Of a stretch of DNA of 58,242 nt, positions 40,268 through 50,297 are shown one piece after another. The notes under the pieces are model-generated. The model saw only the letters and a list, made by a program, of their open reading frames with translations, made no database searches and was not told where the DNA came from. Source of the DNA: a virus (lineage: Duplodnaviria; Caudoviricetes). The DNA is taken from positions 1 to 58,242 of IMG/VR virus record IMGVR_UViG_3300032303_000175; one strand, written 5' to 3'. Positions within the stretch are counted from its first letter, which is position 1. Each line of letters opens with the position of its first letter. The translations under genes were made by a program, and so were the position numbers.

Positions 40268-40864
40268 ATGATTAAATCATTATTTCCAAACAATATTTTA
40301 ATTAAAGATCATGATTTGAGTGATGAATGGAACTCAAATATAATATCTATAACCAAAGCCATTTTTACTAATGAACTAACAAAAACTAAAAATTATGGAG
40401 CTGCTGGAAATGATTCTGTTGAATTATTTACTGAAGATAATTTTAAAATCTGTCCAGAATTAATCCATCTCCAAGAAATATTTATAGATGGATTTTATGA
40501 ATTAGCATGCTCTTATTCTAATAATACTTTAACTAAAAAAAATATTACTGAGAAAGTAAAAAAATACTTTGGTAGAATACCATTTATGAAACATGGAGAT
40601 TATAAAATTATACACAAGCATGATATAGCTTCTGCTGTAGGTGTATTTTATCTGAATGATGTTGATAATATTAAACATGGCGGAGATCTAATATTACACG
40701 ATCCTGGATTTCATGGAGCTCATAATTTTCATGAAAAGTGTACATATAGTGTTAATACCAAAAAACATAGATTAGTGATATGTCCAGCTTATATTTGGCA
40801 TGAAGTTAGACTGTACACAGGACACGATGAGCGCATGGCCATAGTTATTAATTTGGATCTATAA
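40268..40864 (+). CDS. Putative 2OG-Fe(II) oxygenase (TIGR02466-like)
   Basis: HKH..GVFYL..GGDLILHDP..PAYIWHEV..RMAIVIN. Confidence 0.8.
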   Translation: MIKSLFPNNILIKDHDLSDEWNSNIISITKAIFTNELTKTKNYGAAGNDSVELFTEDNFKICPELIHLQEIFIDGFYELACSYSNNTLTKKNITEKVKKYFGRIPFMKHGDYKIIHKHDIASAVGVFYLNDVDNIKHGGDLILHDPGFHGAHNFHEKCTYSVNTKKHRLVICPAYIWHEVRLYTGHDERMAIVINLDL

Positions 40865-40885
40865 TATAACCTAACTCAATCTTAT

Positions 40886-40893
40886 TATAAATA
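40886..40893 (+). promoter_or_regulatory. Late promoter TATAAATA
   Basis: Exact consensus 6 nt before the ATG at 40900. Confidence 0.8.
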
Positions 40894-40899
40894 ATAGAT

Positions 40900-41244
40900 A
40901 TGGCAGCTATAACAAATTTTTACATAGACACTGGATCCACTTTTGGGGCAGTAATTACAGTCAAAGGATCTGATGGGTTGCCATTAAACTTGACCGGATT
41001 TTCAGTCTCCTCATTTATTAGAAAATCATACGCATCGAGGACTCATATTGACTTTAATGCACAGATATATTCTATATCTGGTGGACAAGTTCGAGTGTCT
41101 TTAACTGATGAGCAGACTACTGGTATAAAACCAGGTCGATACATGTATGATATAGAGATAGAGTCATCAATAGGTGAAAGATTAAGGGTATCTGAAGGTA
41201 TCATCATCTTTACTCCGTCAATAACAAAGCCGGATCCGGCATAA
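40900..41244 (+). CDS. Small virion adaptor protein (BppU-N-like)
   Basis: IDTGSTF..LNLTG..IRKSY..LTDEQT..GRYMYDIEI..RVSEG..TP. Confidence 0.7.
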   Translation: MAAITNFYIDTGSTFGAVITVKGSDGLPLNLTGFSVSSFIRKSYASRTHIDFNAQIYSISGGQVRVSLTDEQTTGIKPGRYMYDIEIESSIGERLRVSEGIIIFTPSITKPDPA

Positions 41245-41254
41245 AGGAATAAAA

Positions 41255-42136
41255 GTGGCAGATATTTTTGCAGAAGTCACCGCCGTCGGGATACAAGGTT
41301 TATCAAGTACAACCAATGGAGCTACAGGTATAGCTGGTGCCAGTGGAGTATCTGGTGCCTCAGGAATATCGGGTGCAACCGGTATTGCTGGTGCATCTGG
41401 ATCTGGAAATGCTGGAGCATCAGGTATTACCGGAGCTTCTGGTATTTCAGGTGCAACAGGTTCGGCCGGTGTCAATGGTGCTACTGGTTCTGCTGGCGTC
41501 AATGGTGCTACTGGCACAGCAGGAACTAATGGAGCAACTGGTATTGCTGGAGCTACTGGTGCTGGTCCAGGAACAACAATATTTACGACATCATCAACTG
41601 CAGAAGTTGTCGTTGAAACTATAAATGTATCAATATATAGAAGCGTAAAATATGAGATGCAAGCAACTTCAGGGTCTAATTATGCTGTAAGTGAATTAAG
41701 ATTATTAATCGATACACCAAACGTATTTTTAACTGAGTATGCTGGATTAGGAAATCCTTTAGGAAGTTTTGCATCATTTTATTCACCAGCATCTAATAAC
41801 TATAGTTCACCAGTTATTAATAATGGTGGGTTATCATTCTGGAATAATACGGGTTTAACGATTTATACGACTAATGCTAATGTTATAGAAGCATTACTTT
41901 CAGCTCCAGCAGGTACAGTAATTAGTTTAAATTCTGCGGCATTAAGCGCTACACTTGCATCAGCATTTGTAGAAGTAAATGCTGGGATATACACAGCAGC
42001 GACTACTACAAGTCGTTCACCTAATACATTAATAACAAATATAGCATGGACAGGTTCTGGTAACATAGAATTAAGGTTTACACCTGTCAATTCTATAACC
42101 ACATTAAAATATAAAAAAGTAAGCATTGAAATATAA
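41255..42136 (+). CDS. Collagen-like fibre protein 1
   Basis: GTG start; G-X-Y repeats (GAT/GAS); C-terminal YRSVKY..TEYA domain. Confidence 0.8.
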   Translation: MADIFAEVTAVGIQGLSSTTNGATGIAGASGVSGASGISGATGIAGASGSGNAGASGITGASGISGATGSAGVNGATGSAGVNGATGTAGTNGATGIAGATGAGPGTTIFTTSSTAEVVVETINVSIYRSVKYEMQATSGSNYAVSELRLLIDTPNVFLTEYAGLGNPLGSFASFYSPASNNYSSPVINNGGLSFWNNTGLTIYTTNANVIEALLSAPAGTVISLNSAALSATLASAFVEVNAGIYTAATTTSRSPNTLITNIAWTGSGNIELRFTPVNSITTLKYKKVSIEI

Positions 42137-42153
42137 TTATGAAGTATAACTAT

Positions 42154-42161
42154 TATAAATA
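42154..42161 (+). promoter_or_regulatory. Late promoter TATAAATA
   Basis: Exact consensus, intergenic; SD aaggag downstream. Confidence 0.8.
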
Positions 42162-42204
42162 ACTATAGCACATGCACTAACACCAAAATTTAAGGAGATT
42201 TCCC

Positions 42205-44511
42205 GTGGCAACAAATAATTCAAAATTCGTAGCAAAAAATGGTATAGCGGTAGGCAGTGGAGCCACCGGGCCAATAGATGTCATCTCGTCGGCAGGCGTA
42301 TGGTTAGGAACAGGTGCTTCAGGTGGAGCGACTGGTGCTAGCGGAGCCACAGGTTCTGCAGGTTCTAACGGTGCCACAGGTTCTGCAGGTTCTAACGGTG
42401 CCACAGGTTTTCAAGGAGCTTCAGGTGCTACTGGCGCTTCAGGTGTAACAGGTGCTTCAGGTGCTACGGGCATCTCAGGTTCAACTGGTTCACAAGGTAT
42501 TCAAGGAGCTTCGGGAGCTTCAGGTATTCAAGGTGCAAGTGGTGCAACTGGTTTAATAGGTGCTTCTGGTTTAACAGGTGCCTCAGGTTTAACAGGTTCT
42601 TCTGGTTTACAAGGCGCTTCAGGTGCCACAGGTAATGTTGGTGCAACTGGTGTTTCAGGTACAACTGGTGCTGCAGGTGCAGACGGTGACAAGTACAACA
42701 CAACATCTACAACAACATTCCAACTATCTTCAGATGGTGCAACTGGTATAGTTTATACACCGACATCAACTCTTGACTACTCAATCGGTCAAACAATTGT
42801 TTTAGCATTAGATATTAATACTTATCAGCTTGGTACTGTTATTACTTACACAGGTTCGACAGGTGCAACAGGTATCCTTACATTCAGAAAAGATTCATTC
42901 CGCGGTGCTTCAGGTGCTACAGGTTCTAATTGGTCTATTAACTTAGACGGTGCTGTAGGTGTACAAGGCGCATCAGGTACTAATGGTGCAACTGGTTCAC
43001 AAGGTTCATTTGGTGCTTCAGGTATCCAAGGTGCTTCAGGTACTCAAGGTATTACAGGCGCTTCAGGTGCTTCTGGTGTACAAGGTGCTTCTGGCTCTAC
43101 AGGTTTCCAAGGTGCTTCTGGTGCTACAGGTCTTGTAGGTTCCACTGGTGCATTCGGTGCAACAGGTAATGTTGGTGCTACAGGTTTAGTAGGTGCTAGC
43201 GGTGCAACTGGTATTACCGGTGCTTCTGGTATCCAAGGTGCAAGCGGCGCTTCAGGTATTCAAGGTGCTTCAGGCGCAACAGGTGCTTCAGGCGTTCAAG
43301 GAGCAACAGGTACCGTTGGTTCTAATGGTGCAACAGGTATCCAAGGTGCTTCAGGTGTAACAGGTTCACAAGGTATACAAGGTGCCTCAGGTTCAACAGG
43401 TGCTAGCGGTGTAGGTGGCGCGACAGGTATTGCTGGTGCAACTGGTTTCACAGGTGCGACCGGTGTTGCTGGTGCAACTGGTTTCACAGGCGCGTCAGGT
43501 CTTACAGGTTCTACCGGTTTTAATGGTGCGACAGGTATTGCTGGTACAACTGGTGCCGCGGGAACTAATGGTACTAATGGTGCAACTGGTATTACCGGTT
43601 CTACAGGTTTCACAGGTGCTACAGGTACTTCAGGTGCAGCTGGTGATACATATAACACAACATACACTGGTGGATTAACATTAGAAAATACTGGTGCAAC
43701 TGGTGTTGTCTATACTGCAGCAGGACTACTTGATTATTCTGTAGGTCAAAGTATTGTAATTGCTCTATCAACTAGTTTATTACAACGCGGTACTGTTATC
43801 AGTTATACTGGTGCTACAGGTGCAACCGGCGTTCTTACATTTAGAAAAGATTCATTTGCTGGTGCTTCAGGTGCAACTGGTGGTACATGGGCAGTTAACT
43901 TAGACGGTTCACAAGGTACGCAAGGTGCTTCAGGTATTACAGGAGCTTCAGGTTCTCAAGGTGCTTCTGGTTCTACCGGTCCAACAGGTGCTACAGGTAT
44001 CCAAGGTGCTACAGGTAATGTTGGTGCTTCAGGTTTACAAGGTGCTTCTGGTTCAACAGGTGCCGTAGGTGCTACGGGTGTAACTGGTTCAACTGGTGCA
44101 TTTGGTGCTACAGGTAATGTTGGTGCTTCAGGTGCTACAGGTACCACTGGTACACAGGGTGCTTCAGGTTCAACAGGTGCTGTAGGTGCTACAGGTACTG
44201 GTTTAACAGAAGGAGTCGCGACATTAACGACAACTACAGCTAACCAAACTATAGACACTTTTGCTTTATCTTCATATAGTACTGCTAAGTATATCATTCA
44301 AGCTAAGGACTCAGCAAACGTCCATTCTACAGAAGTTATAGTTACACATAATGGTACGGATGCAGTAGTCACAGAATATGCAACAATGTATTCAGCTTCA
44401 AGCTTGATTACAGTATCTGCTGAAATTTTATCAGGAAATCTTCTTGTTAAAGTTACCCCAGTTAATGTAAACACTACTGTTAAATTCTTAAGAGAAAGCG
44501 TCATTGCTTAA
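42205..44511 (+). CDS. Collagen-like fibre protein 2
   Basis: GTG start; long G-X-Y tracts interrupted by two homologous globular domains; C-terminal TAKY..TEYA domain. Confidence 0.88.
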   Translation: MATNNSKFVAKNGIAVGSGATGPIDVISSAGVWLGTGASGGATGASGATGSAGSNGATGSAGSNGATGFQGASGATGASGVTGASGATGISGSTGSQGIQGASGASGIQGASGATGLIGASGLTGASGLTGSSGLQGASGATGNVGATGVSGTTGAAGADGDKYNTTSTTTFQLSSDGATGIVYTPTSTLDYSIGQTIVLALDINTYQLGTVITYTGSTGATGILTFRKDSFRGASGATGSNWSINLDGAVGVQGASGTNGATGSQGSFGASGIQGASGTQGITGASGASGVQGASGSTGFQGASGATGLVGSTGAFGATGNVGATGLVGASGATGITGASGIQGASGASGIQGASGATGASGVQGATGTVGSNGATGIQGASGVTGSQGIQGASGSTGASGVGGATGIAGATGFTGATGVAGATGFTGASGLTGSTGFNGATGIAGTTGAAGTNGTNGATGITGSTGFTGATGTSGAAGDTYNTTYTGGLTLENTGATGVVYTAAGLLDYSVGQSIVIALSTSLLQRGTVISYTGATGATGVLTFRKDSFAGASGATGGTWAVNLDGSQGTQGASGITGASGSQGASGSTGPTGATGIQGATGNVGASGLQGASGSTGAVGATGVTGSTGAFGATGNVGASGATGTTGTQGASGSTGAVGATGTGLTEGVATLTTTTANQTIDTFALSSYSTAKYIIQAKDSANVHSTEVIVTHNGTDAVVTEYATMYSASSLITVSAEILSGNLLVKVTPVNVNTTVKFLRESVIA

Positions 44512-44542
44512 TAACACACAACACGATCTAGGAGATTAAAGC

Positions 44543-47014
44543 GTGGCAACGAATAACGTAAAATTTAGAATAAAAAATGGTGTCGCGGTCGGTGGGGCGA
44601 GTGGCTCATCAGGATCTTATGGTGTTATTGACTCTAATGGTAATTGGATAGGTGCATCTGGCGCTGGAGAAAGCCCATATGGTGCAACCGGTTCGGTAGG
44701 TTTAACTGGTGCGACAGGTGTCAATGGAGCAACAGGTACTATAGGTATTAACGGTGCATCAGGTATTACAGGTAGTGCAGGTTCAGTTGGAACTCAAGGT
44801 GGTCAAGGTGCAACTGGTGCACAAGGTTCTACTGGAATACTAGGTGCAACAGGTTCTCAAGGTGTTAATGGTGCTCAAGGTTTACAAGGTGCTACAGGTT
44901 CTCAAGGTACTAGTGCAGACCAAGCAACTACTGGCAATCCACGCGGTATATGGTCACCTTCTGAAACATACAATACAAATGATATTGTAGTAGCTACAAA
45001 TAATAAATCATATAGAGCACTAGTAGATAATATTACATTTAGTGATCCTGTTACAAGTCCACCGGGAAGATGGCTTGAGACAGCATATGCTGGTGCTTCC
45101 GGTATCCCAGGTGCTTCAGGTTTCCAAGGTATTTTCGGAGCTACAGGTTCTCAAGGTGGTCAAGGTGCAACCGGTATATTAGGTGCAACTGGTCCTAGTG
45201 GCGACAACTATCATTCATCTTCAATCACATCACTTGCAATAAGCGCAGAGGGTGCTACTGGTTCTGTTACATTGACAAATAAGTCAATGGAATATTCAAC
45301 TGGTCAAAAAATACTTCTTGCTTATGATATTAATAATCGTCAATACGGTACTGTCATTAGTTATAATGCTGGAACTGGTGTATTAGTATTTTCAAAAGAT
45401 GAAGCTACTGGTTCTGGAACATATTCATCGTGGGAAGTTAACTTAGATGGATCAATTGGTCCAGCTGGTGCATCAGGCGCTACAGGCGCTGCTGGTGCAA
45501 CTGGTACAGTAGGAGCTACAGGTTTTCAAGGATTACAAGGTGCTTCAGGTGCTACAGGTAATCTTGGAACTCAAGGTGCTGCTGGCTTAAACGGAATTCT
45601 AGGATTACAAGGTGCAACAGGTATATTAGGTGCACAAGGTTCTACAGGTGCTTCAGGTCCTCAAGGTACACAAGGTGCAAGCGGTTCTCAAGGATCTACA
45701 GGCTCACAAGGTTTTCAAGGAAATCAAGGTACTGCCGGCATAGCTGGTGCATCAGGTTTACAAGGTGTATTTGGCACTGTTGGTACACAGGGCGGCCAAG
45801 GTGTAGTTGGTACCACAGGTCCAGCTGGATCAACTGGTGCTCAAGGTACTCAAGGTAATCAAGGAGCTTCAGGTGCAACAGGATTTTTAGGCAACATAGG
45901 TTTTCAAGGTGCTACAGGTAACGTTGGTTCTACAGGTAACGTAGGTGCTACGGGCGTAACTGGTTCAACTGGTACATTTGGTGCAACTGGCGCTATCGGT
46001 GGTGGTGGTTTAACTGGTGCTTCAGGAGCAGCTGGTGCTACAGGCCTCCAAGGTGCAACAGGGGCAACTGGTATTCATGGCTCTACAGGTTCTCAAGGTC
46101 AAACCGGTGCAACTGGAAATATAGGAGCGACTGGTAGCCATGGAGAAAGATACTTAACAGGTTCAACAACAACATTAACACTAAGTGCTTCAGGTGCAAC
46201 AGGAGTTCAAGTTGCTGCCGATGACATAGGTGGAGATTACGGATTTAATTTCTCAGTTGGCCAAGGAATCATCTTAGCTAATAGCATCAATAATTATCAA
46301 GAAGGTAAAGTAACTGCATATAATACCTCAACAGGTATATTAGCATTTGACAGAACTGGAGCTGTTGGTTCCGGAACATATTCATCATGGACAATTAACT
46401 TAGATGGTGCTGTTGGTCCTCTTGGAGCAAGTGGTGCTACAGGTAATACTGGTACACAAGGTGCAAGTGGTTCTACTGGTTTAACAGGTGCCACAGGTAT
46501 CACGGGAGCCACAGGTATCCAAGGTACTTCAGGTTTACAAGGTACAAATGGATTCTTTGGTACATTTGGTAGTCAAGGTGCACAAGGTTTAACAGGTGCT
46601 TCAGGTCCTCAAGGTACACAAGGTGCAAGCGGTTTACAAGGTATAACTGGCGCGTCAGGTGCGTCAGGTGCCTCAGGTATACTAGGTGCTACGGGTTTCA
46701 GTTTAGTAACAGGTGCAACCTCAGCGTCAGCTGGTTCTACTGGTGTAATAGATTCATTTGCAGCTAACGTTGTTGGTACCGCAAAATATCTATTACAAGC
46801 TAAAATGCCAGGAGCATCAGGAGTTCAAGCTACTCAAGTGATATTGAATCATACATCTTCTAATGTATATTTAACAGAATATGCTTCTGTTAATACGAAT
46901 GGTAAAATTATGGATGTTTCAGCTTCTACTAATGGAAGTACTGTTAGCTTAGAAGCATTAGCAACGTCAGGATCACCAACAATTAAATTTGTTAGACTAG
47001 ATGTAGACGCATAA
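44543..47014 (+). CDS. Collagen-like fibre protein 3
   Basis: GTG start; architecture paralogous to 42205 plus a short WSPSETYNTNDIV module. Confidence 0.88.
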   Translation: MATNNVKFRIKNGVAVGGASGSSGSYGVIDSNGNWIGASGAGESPYGATGSVGLTGATGVNGATGTIGINGASGITGSAGSVGTQGGQGATGAQGSTGILGATGSQGVNGAQGLQGATGSQGTSADQATTGNPRGIWSPSETYNTNDIVVATNNKSYRALVDNITFSDPVTSPPGRWLETAYAGASGIPGASGFQGIFGATGSQGGQGATGILGATGPSGDNYHSSSITSLAISAEGATGSVTLTNKSMEYSTGQKILLAYDINNRQYGTVISYNAGTGVLVFSKDEATGSGTYSSWEVNLDGSIGPAGASGATGAAGATGTVGATGFQGLQGASGATGNLGTQGAAGLNGILGLQGATGILGAQGSTGASGPQGTQGASGSQGSTGSQGFQGNQGTAGIAGASGLQGVFGTVGTQGGQGVVGTTGPAGSTGAQGTQGNQGASGATGFLGNIGFQGATGNVGSTGNVGATGVTGSTGTFGATGAIGGGGLTGASGAAGATGLQGATGATGIHGSTGSQGQTGATGNIGATGSHGERYLTGSTTTLTLSASGATGVQVAADDIGGDYGFNFSVGQGIILANSINNYQEGKVTAYNTSTGILAFDRTGAVGSGTYSSWTINLDGAVGPLGASGATGNTGTQGASGSTGLTGATGITGATGIQGTSGLQGTNGFFGTFGSQGAQGLTGASGPQGTQGASGLQGITGASGASGASGILGATGFSLVTGATSASAGSTGVIDSFAANVVGTAKYLLQAKMPGASGVQATQVILNHTSSNVYLTEYASVNTNGKIMDVSASTNGSTVSLEALATSGSPTIKFVRLDVDA

Positions 47015-47021
47015 ATAGATC

Positions 47022-47351
47022 ATGAGCACTAGAGGCGGCATAGGTCAAATAGGTGGAATAACGATAGATGATGATAATAGGTTAAATCCTATATCATCAT
47101 TTACTCATTTGGATAACACCACTATACCAGCAGGTAAAGCATTTGTATATCCCACTTCATGGTGGTATAACCAAATTAAATTTGAAGAACATATTGGCAA
47201 ACAGATAATGTTTGACACAGCAGGCATAGCTATACAAAACCCAGCATTTGGTGTAATCGAAAGTTGGGATGGAGCAACACTAATAGTTGCTATATTACAC
47301 GGAGATTTTAAGTCACGAAACGACTTTGGTAAAATCACACATTCATATTAA
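47022..47351 (+). CDS. Hypothetical protein
   Basis: 109-aa ORF preceded by CATAAATA (47010-47017). Confidence 0.6.
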   Translation: MSTRGGIGQIGGITIDDDNRLNPISSFTHLDNTTIPAGKAFVYPTSWWYNQIKFEEHIGKQIMFDTAGIAIQNPAFGVIESWDGATLIVAILHGDFKSRNDFGKITHSY

Positions 47352-47386
47352 ATAATTGATCAAAATGATCAAGGGGAAAATGAACC

Positions 47387-48805
47387 TTGGCTACAACAAA
47401 TAGTAAGTTCTTAGTAAAGAACGGCTTAGCCGTTGCCGGATCTACCGGAGCAATCGATGTAATCAACACTTCAGGACAATGGATAGGTGCCACTGGTTCG
47501 CTATCTGGGGCAACAGGCGCTCAAGGTGCATCAGGAATCTCAGGAGCTTCAGGTACTATTGGTGTCAATGGAGCTACTGGTGTAGCTGGTGCAACCGGTG
47601 CATTACAAAACTGGTCAGTTAAGACTACAACATACACTGCAGTAAATAAAGACTCTATTGTTGCAAACACTTCAGGTGGTGCATTTACTATTACACTACC
47701 AGTAACACCAACGACTGGTTCAAGCATAAGCTTAGCAGATGGCGCTGGAACATGGGCTACAAATAATTTAACAGTAGCACGAAATGGTTCTACTATCGAA
47801 GGATCAGCAACTGATTTAATATTAGACGTTAATAACACTACAGTAGATTTAGTATATGACGGTACTACATGGCAAGCATATGCTAATATAGGTCCTACAG
47901 GTAGTGCTGGTACTAATGGAGCTACTGGTACTGCAGGAACTAATGGTGCTAGTGGTGCAACTGGTGTTGGTGTTAATGGTGCTTCTGGTATAGGTACTAA
48001 CGGTGCTTCAGGTATTACTGGTTCAAGTGGTGCTACAGGAATTCAAGGTGCATCAGGTGTTGCTGGTGCAACTGGTACAGCAGGAACAAACGGAGCTACA
48101 GGAATTCAAGGTGCATCAGGTGTTGCTGGTGTTAATGGTGCCACTGGTGTTGGTGTCAATGGTGCAACTGGTATTAGCGGAGCCTCAGGCGTTGCAAGTG
48201 CAGCCGCTACCGGGGCCACTGGTTATTCAGGTGTATTCAATGCTTCTGTGTATATCTCTGCAGGATCTACTGGTGCCACAGGGTTTGTTGGTTCTACTGG
48301 TACTATAACTGCTCCTACTGCGTATTTTAATAGTATATTCCTTGGTGGTACTGCATTAAGTTCATCAGGCGGCGGTGCTACAATTACTGATGATACAACT
48401 ACTAATTCATCACACTACCCGACGATGTCTACTGCGACTTCAGGTACATACAGCGCAGCAAAAGTATCATCTACAAAATTATACTTTAACCCCTCCACTG
48501 GTACATTGAATGCTACTATATTCAATTCGCTGTCTGATGCTAACAAGAAACAAAACATAGCACCTATCCAAGATGCAGTGACTACTATTAATAAACTAAA
48601 CGGTGTATCATTCGAATGGAAAGACAATAGTCTACCATCATATGGTGTGATCGCTCAAGAGATCGAAGAAGTATTACCAGAATTGGTAAATACGGATAAA
48701 GACGGTGTCAAATCAGTAAACTATAATGGTATTATTGGGTTCTTGATTAATGCTATCAAAGAACAACAGAAGCACATCGATGAATTAAAGGATAAAATTA
48801 AATGA
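47387..48805 (+). CDS. Collagen-like fibre protein 4 with peptidase S74 intramolecular chaperone
   Basis: TTG start; G-X-Y tracts; SDANKKQNI..GVIAQEIEEVLPELV..VNYNGIIGFLINAIKE. Confidence 0.87.
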   Translation: MATTNSKFLVKNGLAVAGSTGAIDVINTSGQWIGATGSLSGATGAQGASGISGASGTIGVNGATGVAGATGALQNWSVKTTTYTAVNKDSIVANTSGGAFTITLPVTPTTGSSISLADGAGTWATNNLTVARNGSTIEGSATDLILDVNNTTVDLVYDGTTWQAYANIGPTGSAGTNGATGTAGTNGASGATGVGVNGASGIGTNGASGITGSSGATGIQGASGVAGATGTAGTNGATGIQGASGVAGVNGATGVGVNGATGISGASGVASAAATGATGYSGVFNASVYISAGSTGATGFVGSTGTITAPTAYFNSIFLGGTALSSSGGGATITDDTTTNSSHYPTMSTATSGTYSAAKVSSTKLYFNPSTGTLNATIFNSLSDANKKQNIAPIQDAVTTINKLNGVSFEWKDNSLPSYGVIAQEIEEVLPELVNTDKDGVKSVNYNGIIGFLINAIKEQQKHIDELKDKIK

Positions 48806-49944
48806 CACAATTAAGTAGTTTATTAACAGGTCAATATACTGGCGCAAATGGCGCATCAGGTGTTGCAGGTGCATCAGGTGTTGGTACTACACTCGGTGCA
48901 ACAAGCTTTGTAAACGTTGCTACTTTGACAGCGGGAACTGGAGCCACAGGTGCTACAGGTACTATCACTGCATCCGGTACAATTGTGTCAGCTTCGCATT
49001 CTCTAGGTGGCACTGGTGCTACAGGATTTGTTGGTGCGACTGGTACACTCTCAGCAACGACTGGTTACTTTGGTTCTGTATTAGTTAATGGAGTAGCACC
49101 AGGTGGTGGTCTTGGTGGTCAATATGTAACATTTAGTGGAACCGCATCAAGAGCAACAACAGTTATGACTGTATCAGCTGTAACCTCAGGAACTATACAA
49201 GTTGGTGACACTATTAAAACTGCTGATGGTGTAACTTCTTTTGGCACTGTCTCTTCATTTGGTACAGGTACTGGAGGAGCTGGTACATACAATATGTCTG
49301 CATCAGGTACGATTGCTTCTACATCTGTTTATACATCTGCTTCTACTTTTACTATTCCAACAGGTAAGACAGTTGTTAAGGTAACTGTAATTGCTGGAGG
49401 TGGCGGTAGTGGTTCTAATGTTAATGCAGGTTCGGGTGCGGGTGGTGGGTATTCTATTCACTATCTTACAGGATTAACACCTGGTAATACCTTAACAGTC
49501 ACTGTTGGAGCTGGAGGAATTGGAGGAAGCGGGGTTGGTGTAGGTGGAGGAACTGGAGGAACTTCATCAGTAGCATCGGGTACACAAACCATTACAACTG
49601 TATCAGCCACAGGTGGTGGAGGTGGAACAGGCGGTGGAAATGCAACATCAGGTGGAGGTACAGGAGGCTCAGGATCAGGAGGTTCTTTTAATGGAACAGG
49701 TGGATCTGGTGGTCCTGGTACAACAGTTGGTGGTGGATGCCCAACCGCCTATTATGGTATTATAGGTTTAGGAGGAGGTAGTTTATATGGAGGAAATACA
49801 TCTAACCCTACTGTAACTACCGGTGCTCAAATTAACCCTCAAGCTGGTATTGCTTATGGATCAGGAGGAGTAAGCGGCGGTGCAGGTGCTGGAACTTATA
49901 CTGGTGGCGTAGGTAAACAAGGCATTCTTATTTTTGAATACTAA
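48802..49944 (+). CDS. Glycine-rich fibre/adhesin-like protein
   Basis: FTIPTG..VTVIAGGGGSG..VTVGAGG..GILIFEY glycine-rich domain. Confidence 0.75.
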   Translation: MTQLSSLLTGQYTGANGASGVAGASGVGTTLGATSFVNVATLTAGTGATGATGTITASGTIVSASHSLGGTGATGFVGATGTLSATTGYFGSVLVNGVAPGGGLGGQYVTFSGTASRATTVMTVSAVTSGTIQVGDTIKTADGVTSFGTVSSFGTGTGGAGTYNMSASGTIASTSVYTSASTFTIPTGKTVVKVTVIAGGGGSGSNVNAGSGAGGGYSIHYLTGLTPGNTLTVTVGAGGIGGSGVGVGGGTGGTSSVASGTQTITTVSATGGGGGTGGGNATSGGGTGGSGSGGSFNGTGGSGGPGTTVGGGCPTAYYGIIGLGGGSLYGGNTSNPTVTTGAQINPQAGIAYGSGGVSGGAGAGTYTGGVGKQGILIFEY

Positions 49945-49946
49945 CC

Positions 49947-50297
49947 ATGGCCTACTCTAAAGCAACCGAACTAGCCCTAAAAGCCAAAAAAGTCTACTCA
50001 TCTATAGACTCACCTTGGCATTGTTATTACCATCATCTAAGTGGTGATGAACTAAAAGAACAGATTATGACTATTGCTCACAAGCCAACAGACGCTATGA
50101 TGAGTTTCTCATATAAAGATTTAACTACACCTTATAAGGAAAGAGAAGACCTAGGTTTAGTTGAGTTTGTAAGACACAATTATAAAGCAACAGATAATGA
50201 AATACCTGAATGTATCAACTGTATCAAAGAGTTTCTTGATGATGCTAAGATTGAATACACAGGACGACCATTCTTTAATAAGGAAATTACAATATGA
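49947..50297 (+). CDS. Hypothetical protein
   Basis: 116-aa ORF in the operon. Confidence 0.6.
   Translation: MAYSKATELALKAKKVYSSIDSPWHCYYHHLSGDELKEQIMTIAHKPTDAMMSFSYKDLTTPYKEREDLGLVEFVRHNYKATDNEIPECINCIKEFLDDAKIEYTGRPFFNKEITI

Noticed and set aside
35983-40864. 2OG-Fe(II) oxygenases as prolyl hydroxylases for the collagen fibres
   Set aside because: The G-X-Y tracts contain very little Pro, and the few present are mostly in the X position, so there is little substrate. Linkage to the rSAM cluster is tighter.
41218-48308. Antisense and alternate-frame ORFs (PVAP-rich, VLLVQLV-rich) over the collagen genes
   Set aside because: They are shadows of the GGT-GCN-ACN repeats, which lack stops in other frames; they have no SD or promoter support.
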